In this document: positions 56,506 to 64,000 of the stretch, piece after piece
Numbering within the stretch: the stretch's first letter is position 1
How the letters are laid out: each line of letters opens with the position of its first letter
Source: Candidatus Bathyarchaeota archaeon
Lineage (GTDB): Archaea; Thermoproteota; Bathyarchaeia; Bathyarchaeales; Bathycorpusculaceae
Direction of reading: 5' to 3'
Assembly (NCBI GenBank): GCA_026014485.1
Contig: JAOZIE010000008.1
Location: 160,716 to 224,715, forward strand
DNA length: 64,000 bases
Made by a program: the position numbers and the translations under genes
Notes under the pieces: generated by a model
Databases searched by the model: none
Told to the model about the DNA's origin: nothing
What the model saw: only the letters and a program-made list of their open reading frames with translations

Positions 56506-57266
56506 GTATTGTCTCCTTCGATCTTGAAGGAGACTTTGCAGCCTTCAAAGACCCCTCAGTGACAACAAACCAAACGGTAACCGTTATACCATCAAAGAGT
56601 GCGCTGATAGGTCTGTTAGGTGCTCTACTTGGAATTAAAAGGTCTAACTCGATATTCGACGATATGTACAGTGAAGGCTATCTTGACCTGCTCAAGAAAA
56701 CCGCTGTAGGCATCCAAGTTCGGAATCAAGTGACCAAATGCACCTTTTTTACGAACCACCGCTCACTCATAGAACCCAAGACTAAACCCTTCAAAACCGA
56801 GTTGCTGGTTAACCCCCAGTACACGGTTTACATAAAATCCACTGATGAGGTAAACCAGGCTTTGCTTGACAGACTCAAAGATAACCGGTTTGTGTTTTCT
56901 CCGATGCTTGGGCATGCATATTGTCCAGCGAGAATTTCCCAGTTTAGGGAACTGTCGGGTGTTAAAGAGGTTAAACCAATAAAAAGTCTAGTTTCCTCTG
57001 TTTTCTTAGATGAAGTTTCTGAATCAAAAAGCAGTACTCAAGGAGTTATTTTTGAAGCAGGGCTTTCGGCTAAAATTATTGTTGAGCGTCACTTACACCT
57101 TTATGTCATGGACAATGTTCTAAAAAGAGCAGTCTTACGTCACTATATCCCCGTTCCTCAAAATGACGAAAGCTCAATCTTAGAAATTACCCATTATGAT
57201 TCTCGCCTATCATTAACTAAATTCTATTCTGTTGAAGGTTCGGAGCAAGCTCTGTGCCTCTTTTAG
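56502..57266 (+). CDS. cas5: CRISPR-associated Cas5
   Basis: 254 aa. FDLEGDFAAFKDPSVTTNQTVTVIPSKSALIGLLGALLG is the canonical Cas5 N-terminus. TTG start overlaps the cas7 stop. Confidence 0.8.
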   Translation: MSIVSFDLEGDFAAFKDPSVTTNQTVTVIPSKSALIGLLGALLGIKRSNSIFDDMYSEGYLDLLKKTAVGIQVRNQVTKCTFFTNHRSLIEPKTKPFKTELLVNPQYTVYIKSTDEVNQALLDRLKDNRFVFSPMLGHAYCPARISQFRELSGVKEVKPIKSLVSSVFLDEVSESKSSTQGVIFEAGLSAKIIVERHLHLYVMDNVLKRAVLRHYIPVPQNDESSILEITHYDSRLSLTKFYSVEGSEQALCLF

Positions 57267-57283
57267 AGGCTGGGGGATAACAA

Positions 57284-59590
57284 ATGGACTTTGCTGTTTC
57301 GGAAGACTTTTTGGCACGGCCAAGAGATGATCCGAAGGGTCAAAATTCAGGTTTGTTTGAGCACTCTTTAAAGACGGCTTATAAAGCAAAGGAAATAGCG
57401 GCGAGTCTATCCGATGAAGAATTGGCGAACACTGCGTTCTATGCAGGCTTACTTCATGATGTGGGGAAACTTAATCCCTATTATCAGATTCTCTTCTCCA
57501 GCGGATGGGTTGATGGAGATTATCTTAGGGCGCATGCAATTTTTTCTGCCTTAGCAGTGCATTGGCTTGCAAACACAGCGGCTTTTTCAAAACGCACCCA
57601 AAAGCAGATACTTTTTGCAGTGGCTGGGCACCACACAAAACTTACCCAGTTCGCTAAAAGTTTAGCCTTCATTGAAAATGATAAGACGCTGTTTGAAAGA
57701 AGCTTTAAAGACACTTACAATAACCTTTACCGTTTTAGCCAAACAGTAAGAGAACTTAAAGAGTTCAAAGATTTAGACTGGGATTATTGCCTATCCAAAT
57801 TTAAGAACCCAATCCCGAGAATACCTCAAGAGCCAGATTATACTGTTGATGAGGGTAATAGTTTTGTTGAGGATTTTTTGGATTTCTCATCGGTTTTCTC
57901 AGCGCTTATTCAGGCAGATCGAGGAAGCTTTTTTGAGAAGTTTCCGCAACCTGCCTTCGGCATCAGCTTAAACACGGGTGTGCTTGTACGGACAGGCAGT
58001 GATGCTTCTCTCCCAAAGATTCGAACGAATTTTCAGGAGAGGCTCCTTTTGAATAACAAGTTTGAGGATAATCTGTTAATCCTCAAAGCGCCTACCGGTA
58101 TAGGCAAAACCAAAATTTTTCTTGACATCGTTAACAAGTTTTTAGCTTCACCCTCCCGGCGTTTTGAGAGGGTTTTTTATTTTTCTCCCCTTCTGGCGCT
58201 CACAGATGATTTTGAGGGCAAACTCTATACAGATAATGCCGTATCAGTGCTTAATCAAGCCGATGCAGAAAAAGTGCTAGTTTATAATCATGCATTTAAA
58301 GGAAGTCTGCCTAAAAAGAGGTCGTCAAACGACTCTTGCATAAGCCTCGATGAAGAAGCAGAGAACACTGAATTTTTTAAAACCCCCGAGTATTTTGAGC
58401 GGGAATCCTTCAACAAGGAATTAATCATCACCACAACCCAGAGACTGCTGATGGTGCTCTACTCAAATGAAGTTTCTGAGAAGAAGAAGCTTCTTTCTTT
58501 TAAGAACTCTTTTCTGATAATCGACGAAGTACAGACTATACCTAAAGTTTTGCTTCCAAACTTGATAGCTCTGCTTAAAGTTCTTACTAAAAAGTACCAT
58601 TCAAAGATACTTCTGGTTAGCGCCACTATACCTGATGAGCTACTGGGTCTACCCATGGTGGCAACCCCTGATGATGTGGAAGAACAGTATCTGCAGATGA
58701 CTGCTAAAAGGATAGAGTATATGGAAGTTTTGGATGCTAACAGGGAAGTTCCGCTTCTGAGAGTCGACGAGCGTGTGTTATTCATGTTTAACACTAGGCG
58801 TAAAGCCTTGTGCTTTTTTGAGAAGGTATCTGAGCTTAAGCCTGATGCTGTTTACTTATCCACAGGAATCAGAAAGCGTGACCGAGAAAAGATTATAGAG
58901 AATCTTCACGGGTCGACACCTGCAACAGTGGTTTCGACACAGGTTTTGGAGGCTGGTGTGGATGTGAGTTTTAGCCGCATGTACCGCGAAATGGCGCCGC
59001 TAGATAATATTGTGCAGGCTATGGGACGGCTTAACCGGGAATGTGAGCGTAGCGATCCATTGCTAACAGTTTTTCGACTGTTGGATAACAACCATATGCC
59101 CTACAGCGAACTTGAGGTAGAAGAGTCTAAAAAGCGGATTCCCCAGTTACACTCCTCAAAAGACCTCTACGATGCCTTGTCCGACTACTACAAGACGGTC
59201 TCATCTGAAAACCTAACAAACAAAAACTTAGCGAAAAACTTGGATGACTACATGAAGAGGCTAAACTTTGACGATGTATGGAAGTTCGTCAAAGACCACG
59301 CGTTGCCTTTAGAGCTGGGCGATTCACTTCTGGTTCCTGACCCACAAGACTTTGAGAAAATTAAGAAGGATTTTTTGTCTTCGGACTCAAACAAGGGCTT
59401 GGGAAAAATCTATACACATTATGCAAAACTCATGGCTCAACTTCCCGGATCAATTGAGAAAATCAATGGTTTGGAGGACCTGCTTGATGAGGAACTGCTT
59501 GAGGTAGGGGTTCTTTTTCCTAAAGAGAAAGCTCTGGGCGAGGTATATGATTCCAAGGTGGGGCTGGATAAGTGGGTGAAAAAGACGTGA
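57284..59590 (+). CDS. cas3: Cas3 HD-nuclease/helicase fusion
   Basis: 768 aa. HD domain (EHSLKTA...AGLLHDVGKLNPYYQ...AGHH). Helicase Walker A APTGIGKTK, DEAD-like IIDEVQ, SAT, QAMGRLNR motif VI. Confidence 0.9.
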   Translation: MDFAVSEDFLARPRDDPKGQNSGLFEHSLKTAYKAKEIAASLSDEELANTAFYAGLLHDVGKLNPYYQILFSSGWVDGDYLRAHAIFSALAVHWLANTAAFSKRTQKQILFAVAGHHTKLTQFAKSLAFIENDKTLFERSFKDTYNNLYRFSQTVRELKEFKDLDWDYCLSKFKNPIPRIPQEPDYTVDEGNSFVEDFLDFSSVFSALIQADRGSFFEKFPQPAFGISLNTGVLVRTGSDASLPKIRTNFQERLLLNNKFEDNLLILKAPTGIGKTKIFLDIVNKFLASPSRRFERVFYFSPLLALTDDFEGKLYTDNAVSVLNQADAEKVLVYNHAFKGSLPKKRSSNDSCISLDEEAENTEFFKTPEYFERESFNKELIITTTQRLLMVLYSNEVSEKKKLLSFKNSFLIIDEVQTIPKVLLPNLIALLKVLTKKYHSKILLVSATIPDELLGLPMVATPDDVEEQYLQMTAKRIEYMEVLDANREVPLLRVDERVLFMFNTRRKALCFFEKVSELKPDAVYLSTGIRKRDREKIIENLHGSTPATVVSTQVLEAGVDVSFSRMYREMAPLDNIVQAMGRLNRECERSDPLLTVFRLLDNNHMPYSELEVEESKKRIPQLHSSKDLYDALSDYYKTVSSENLTNKNLAKNLDDYMKRLNFDDVWKFVKDHALPLELGDSLLVPDPQDFEKIKKDFLSSDSNKGLGKIYTHYAKLMAQLPGSIEKINGLEDLLDEELLEVGVLFPKEKALGEVYDSKVGLDKWVKKT

Positions 59591-60267
59591 GTAAAGAGGC
59601 AGATCCGCAAAAAGAGGTAGCGGTTAAAATTTGCAGGGTTACACTTAATGTTTCAGACCCAGACCGTGATTATATTTCCTCGGTTAAGCTTCGGGGTTTC
59701 CTTGGCAGCCTCTTTGTTGACGACGCCGAGTTCCATCATCACTCAGAGCGGTCTTATCATTACCCGCTTATTCAGTATAAACGGGTAACAGGCGAACTGA
59801 TGATTCTTGGGCTTCAAGACTACGCCAAAGTCCTCATGAACAAGATGTCAATTGTAGACAGCATTTCAACAAAGCATGGCAGCTTTAAGGTTGATAGTCA
59901 AGAGATGAATTTATCGACTTGGCAAATACGTAACATTTCTTGTTGCTACGATTTTGCGACGCCTTGGCTTCCGCTTAACGAGGCTAATTACTCTGCCTTT
60001 AAGAATTGCACTCCCGAGAAGCAGAAGGCTTTTTTGGAAAAGATGCTAGTGGGCAACACATTAAGCTGCCTTAAGGGGTTGGGTATCTTTGTAGATTACC
60101 GCGTTGAATCATTTCTCGTGTCGTTTCGTTCTTTCTATGTGAGAGCACATGGGAACCCGTTTGAGGCATTTACTGCCCGTTTCTTTCTGAACGTTGATCT
60201 TCCTGATTTTATAGGCTTGGGAAAGAGTGTTTCCAAGGGATTTGGCACTATAAGGCGAGCGGTATGA
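59572..60267 (+). CDS. cas6: Cas6-family RAMP endoribonuclease (putative)
   Basis: 231 aa. C-terminal glycine-rich loop GLGKSVSKGFGTI and N-terminal KLRGFLGSLF...YHYPLIQYK, as in one Cas6 subgroup. GTG at 59572 or 59587. Confidence 0.6.
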   Translation: MGEKDVSKEADPQKEVAVKICRVTLNVSDPDRDYISSVKLRGFLGSLFVDDAEFHHHSERSYHYPLIQYKRVTGELMILGLQDYAKVLMNKMSIVDSISTKHGSFKVDSQEMNLSTWQIRNISCCYDFATPWLPLNEANYSAFKNCTPEKQKAFLEKMLVGNTLSCLKGLGIFVDYRVESFLVSFRSFYVRAHGNPFEAFTARFFLNVDLPDFIGLGKSVSKGFGTIRRAV

Positions 60268-61226
60268 TAGTTGAAATAAGTGAACATGGAAGTGTACTGA
60301 AAAGAGATCACGAGTGCTTTATCGTCCAGACGCCAACTGAAAAAACAGAGGTTCCCGCCGAAAAGATAGATGCCATAATAGTAACGGCTAATGCTCTGAT
60401 TAGCACGCAGGCAGTTTCTCTCTGCTTGGAAAAGAACATTCAGCTAGTGCTGGCTAACTGGTCAGGTAAACCCTTTGGAAGGTTCTGGGTAAGCACTCCA
60501 GGTAGGGCAACTGAAAATAGACGCAGACAATACCTGAATCAAGATACTGCTGTGGCTTTTGAAGTTTCTAAAGATATAGTCGCACGCAAGCTTAAAGCAC
60601 AAAGAAAGCTTCTTGTAGACCTGAAAGGCAATCGCAAGACGCCCAACGAAGCAATAAACAATGCCATCAATGCTATCACCAAATCGCTACATAATCTAAA
60701 CAATCTTGAATACACATCTTCTTTTAAGCAAACACTCTTAGGAATTGAAGGGTTTGCGGCTGCAGAGTATTTTTTGGCAATCTCCGCAGTGCTGCCTAAA
60801 AAGTATGTTTTCAAAGAAAGAAGCAGACAACCTGCCCAAGATAAATTTAATGCAGTTCTAAATTATGTCTATGGCTTAACATATTCGACGGTGGAAAAAG
60901 TAGTTATTTTAAGCGGTTTGGACCCGAATGCGGGTATATACCATGCTGATTCTTATGGTAAACCAACTTTGGTTTTTGACCTAATAGAACTGTTTAGGGC
61001 TAAGGTTGACCGCATCGTTGTAAAGTTGTTTACAAAAAAGTATGTCAAAGATTCTTGGTTTGCTTCATCAGAAGAAGCGCCTTTAGGCGTTTTCTTGTCC
61101 AAAGAGGGGCGAAAAGCCGTAATCACCGTTTACATGAATGATGCTTGTGAGAATATCGAGAAGGAAAGCTGGTCTTACTGTAGGAAAATGATGCCCACCT
61201 TAGCCAAGGAGGGTCAAGTAACTTGA
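60264..61226 (+). CDS. cas1: Cas1 integrase
   Basis: 320 aa. Starts IVEISEHGSVLKRDHECFIV. Later FKERSRQPAQDKFNAVLNYVYGL and DLIELFR, conserved Cas1 C-terminal domain motifs. Confidence 0.85.
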   Translation: MIVEISEHGSVLKRDHECFIVQTPTEKTEVPAEKIDAIIVTANALISTQAVSLCLEKNIQLVLANWSGKPFGRFWVSTPGRATENRRRQYLNQDTAVAFEVSKDIVARKLKAQRKLLVDLKGNRKTPNEAINNAINAITKSLHNLNNLEYTSSFKQTLLGIEGFAAAEYFLAISAVLPKKYVFKERSRQPAQDKFNAVLNYVYGLTYSTVEKVVILSGLDPNAGIYHADSYGKPTLVFDLIELFRAKVDRIVVKLFTKKYVKDSWFASSEEAPLGVFLSKEGRKAVITVYMNDACENIEKESWSYCRKMMPTLAKEGQVT

Positions 61227-61519
61227 AGAAGAACATGTACTATGCAGTCTATGATATTTCCGATGACAAAACTAGAACTCATACCATTCAAGCGCTCAAA
61301 GACATAGGCTTTATTCGCATACAGAAAAGTGTTTTCTGTGGCTCATTATCCTCTCAGCAGAAAAAGGATTTGATAGAAGCTCTTAAACGGATAACTGGGG
61401 AAAATGAATCGGTGTATCTGATTTTAGCTTGCCAGAAATGCTTTGGCAAGGTCATAATCATAGGGCATGGGTTCGATAAAGAATATGTAGCTAATGATTT
61501 GGAGAGCATGGTTCTTTGA
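61223..61519 (+). CDS. cas2: Cas2
   Basis: 98 aa. YYAVYDISDDKTRTHTIQALKDIGFIRIQKSVFCG. AAGGAGGG lies about 9 nt upstream of TTG 61223. Confidence 0.85.
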   Translation: MKKNMYYAVYDISDDKTRTHTIQALKDIGFIRIQKSVFCGSLSSQQKKDLIEALKRITGENESVYLILACQKCFGKVIIIGHGFDKEYVANDLESMVL

Positions 61520-62085
61520 GTAACTGCCTATCTGTAACAAACGCAGTGGAGCATGCATTTTGCCCAAGATTTACTTACTTTCAGTTGGTCCTTGGTATCG
61601 AGCAAAGAGAAGGCAAACGTGGTACTGTCCAATCTGGTCGCGCTTTTCACAGCAGGCACTCAACCACTAACAAGACCTACAAAATAAAACGATTAGACGG
61701 CATCAAACAAACAGAGCTTCTCCTTTACTCAAAAAAGTACTCGTTTTCTGGAAAAATAGATGAGGCGATAGAAGGAGAAGACCAGATGCTGATTATAGAG
61801 CGCAAATATTCCGATTATATAATTGTAGGTTTAACCCTAAAAACCCAACTGGGGTTGCTGGCTATTTTGGCAGAAGAAAACATCGGGAAAAAAGTCAATC
61901 AGGCTATCGTAGTTTTTGATAAAAAGGGACGAGTTGAGGTACAAGTCAATATTACCGAAAAAATTAAGCAAAATGCGCTTCTAATGCTCCAGAAAACAAG
62001 TCACATAATAGAGACCGGTAGGATGCCCTACTCAAAGCATGATAATCGATGCCTAAACTGCTGTTATAGAAAAATTTGCCCATAG
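61516..62085 (+). CDS. cas4: Cas4 (RecB-like nuclease with C-terminal Fe-S Cys cluster)
   Basis: 189 aa. N-terminal Cys in AFCPRFTYFQ, GKIDEA...LIIERKYS (D...E-x-K), C-terminal CLNCCYRKIC. Confidence 0.8.
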   Translation: MSNCLSVTNAVEHAFCPRFTYFQLVLGIEQREGKRGTVQSGRAFHSRHSTTNKTYKIKRLDGIKQTELLLYSKKYSFSGKIDEAIEGEDQMLIIERKYSDYIIVGLTLKTQLGLLAILAEENIGKKVNQAIVVFDKKGRVEVQVNITEKIKQNALLMLQKTSHIIETGRMPYSKHDNRCLNCCYRKICP

Positions 62086-62222
62086 AGGCGCTACGTTGAT
62101 GGGCAACACGGAATGGGTGTACTCTTATAAACGATTTAATAAGCAGCCGACAATAAGATTGCTGCAAGAAATCGCCAAAAATCAACGCTCTAGAAGTCAA
62201 ACAGACCCCGAAAAAGTGGCTG
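62086..62222 (+). promoter_or_regulatory. Putative CRISPR leader
   Basis: 137-nt non-coding stretch between the cas4 stop and the first repeat. Repeat polarity (3' ATTGAAAC) places the leader on this side. Confidence 0.5.
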
Positions 62223-64000
62223 TCCAAAAAGGTAATCCAACACAACAAGGATTGAAACTTTCTTCCTCTCTTGGATCAGGTTTATTATCAATGTCCAAAA
62301 AGGTAATCCAACACAACAAGGATTGAAACTTATTACTTGGTTCGGAAAGTTTATTGACGCTATAAGTCCAAAAAGGTAATCCAACACAACAAGGATTGAA
62401 ACACTTGACTGCTTTGGCGTATTCTCCGAGTACTGAAGGTCCAAAAAGGTAATCCAACACAACAAGGATTGAAACATTTTTGTAGATTCCCCTTGGAACT
62501 TGGGCAATTTGAGTCCAAAAAGGTAATCCAACACAACAAGGATTGAAACATGTCTGGCTACTCCAAGACATCCACTTCTTTCGGGTCCAAAAAGGTAATC
62601 CAACACAACAAGGATTGAAACTCCATTGACGCTTAAGGGTTCGTGTATCTATGTAGAATGTCCAAAAAGGTAATCCAACACAACAAGGATTGAAACTGGC
62701 GGTCACGACCCAGATGGCAACGTGCAGAGTAGGTCCAAAAAGGTAATCCAACACAACAAGGATTGAAACGGCTCGAATTCTGGCAATTCCACAAGTGCCT
62801 TAAAGCGTCCAAAAAGGTAATCCAACACAACAAGGATTGAAACTCGGCGAACACAAGAGAAAATACCGAGTTTCAGCAGTCCAAAAAGGTAATCCAACAC
62901 AACAAGGATTGAAACCCCGGTGAACTAAGCAATTTACCAATTGTCTGACGCAGTCCAAAAAGGTAATCCAACACAACAAGGATTGAAACAATCTGTGGCT
63001 GCTTCCTATCATCTGTACTTTGTGTGTCCAAAAAGGTAATCCAACACAACAAGGATTGAAACACTTGACTGCTTTGGCGTATTCTCCGAGTACTGAAGGT
63101 CCAAAAAGGTAATCCAACACAACAAGGATTGAAACTCCTGCTCAGAAGGAGTGGTAACAGCCTCCCAAAGTCGTCCAAAAAGGTAATCCAACACAACAAG
63201 GATTGAAACTTATTCATTTGTTGATTCTTCTCCTTTGATTCGGTTGTCCAAAAAGGTAATCCAACACAACAAGGATTGAAACTATGCCTCCAACGTCAGG
63301 TAGAGTTCCGTTAGCGCAGGTCCAAAAAGGTAATCCAACACAACAAGGATTGAAACAAGCCGTCCTCCGAATCGAGCAGTTGGTCTTTCGGCGTCCAAAA
63401 AGGTAATCCAACACAACAAGGATTGAAACAGGCTTCGCGGTCAACCTTAAACCCGTATTCCTCGCATGTCCAAAAAGGTAATCCAACACAACAAGGATTG
63501 AAACACCTTAAATCAGCGAAGCCGACGCATCTCTCATTTGACGTCCAAAAAGGTAATCCAACACAACAAGGATTGAAACCTTTACTCTAGGCAAATTAGA
63601 AGAGGGGCAAAAAGTGTCCAAAAAGGTAATCCAACACAACAAGGATTGAAACTCCGTCACATTCCACTGATACGACACCACATCACCTGTCCAAAAAGGT
63701 AATCCAACACAACAAGGATTGAAACAAGTACCCAGCTAACTTGAAGAAACTCTTAACTTCGTCCAAAAAGGTAATCCAACACAACAAGGATTGAAACATG
63801 ATGGCCTCTACAAATTCTAAACTCTCGGATGCTCGTCCAAAAAGGTAATCCAACACAACAAGGATTGAAACTTGTTAGGGTTCCAACAATAATCGTCAAA
63901 TAAACGAGTCCAAAAAGGTAATCCAACACAACAAGGATTGAAACTTCTGCTAAGTCTGCAAAAATGGGCGTAATGGAAACCGTCCAAAAAGGTAATCCAA
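62223..64000 (+). CRISPR. CRISPR array, 37-nt repeat GTCCAAAAAGGTAATCCAACACAACAAGGATTGAAAC; 24 complete repeats + a 25th cut by the window end; 24 spacers of 34-38 nt
   Basis: Repeat starts read directly: 62223, 62294, 62366, 62439, 62513, 62585, 62660, 62733, 62807, 62879, 62953, 63026, 63099, 63173, 63246, 63320, 63393, 63468, 63543, 63616, 63689, 63761, 63835, 63908, 63982. All complete copies look identical by eye. The 3' end ATTGAAAC is the classical 8-nt crRNA handle. Confidence 0.98.

Noticed and set aside
62096-62326. Plus-strand 76-aa ORF starting just after cas4
   Set aside because: It runs through the leader and into repeats 1 and 2. It has no RBS and its C-terminal half is repeat-encoded.
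62190-63489. Nine minus-strand ORFs of 61-185 aa with recurring peptides (FNPCCVGLPFWT, SILVVLDYLFG, FQSLLCWITFLD)
   Set aside because: They are translations of the reverse complement of the 37-nt CRISPR repeat in three frames, joined through spacers. The periodic peptide recurrence is an artefact of the array.
62260-63981. Self-targeting: whether any spacer matches the AbiE region, the nuclease pair or other parts of this window
   Set aside because: I could not find a match by eye. A reliable answer needs an alignment of all 24 spacers against the window and genome, so no claim is made.

Overview
Archaeal chromosomal segment. Lineage markers point to a TACK-type archaeon: ribosomal protein eL13, a Sulfolobus-type zinc ferredoxin, protein subunits of archaeal RNase P, PriS primase, and the archaeal ADH/DHQ-II entry into the shikimate pathway. 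From 0 to about 48.4 kb the content is core metabolism and housekeeping. It holds a three-gene sulfide-dependent homocysteine module (DUF39-CBS, NIL-ferredoxin, UPF0280). It also holds an 11-gene, tightly overlapping aromatic amino-acid operon headed by aspartate kinase, then ilvD and a leuA/cimA-like gene. Six signal-peptide, C-terminally anchored surface proteins are scattered through it, several sharing a C-terminal module. A thiol-redox and oxidative-stress neighbourhood follows: FTR-rubredoxin fusion plus glutaredoxin, a flavoprotein disulfide reductase, Zn-ferredoxin, SOD and rubrerythrin. The core part ends with an eL15-eL13-DUF54-Rpp30-Pop5 operon. From about 49.9 kb to the window end the DNA is visibly more AT-rich and reads as a defence island. 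It contains an AbiEi/AbiEii pair and a decayed GIY-YIG gene. Next comes a translationally coupled pair of paralogous small Cys-motif proteins with a C-terminal Holliday-junction-resolvase-related nuclease domain, one of which has lost the catalytic Glu. It ends with a complete type I-B-like cas operon (cas8-cas7-cas5-cas3-cas6-cas1-cas2-cas4) whose large subunit I cannot recognise, and a CRISPR array of 24 complete 37-nt repeats that runs off the window and contains one exactly duplicated spacer. The best candidates for something undescribed are the nuclease pair next to cas8, the divergent large subunit, and a 23-codon hyper-acidic Trp-periodic mini-ORF with a strong Shine-Dalgarno site. All family assignments come from reading motifs by eye; no searches were run.
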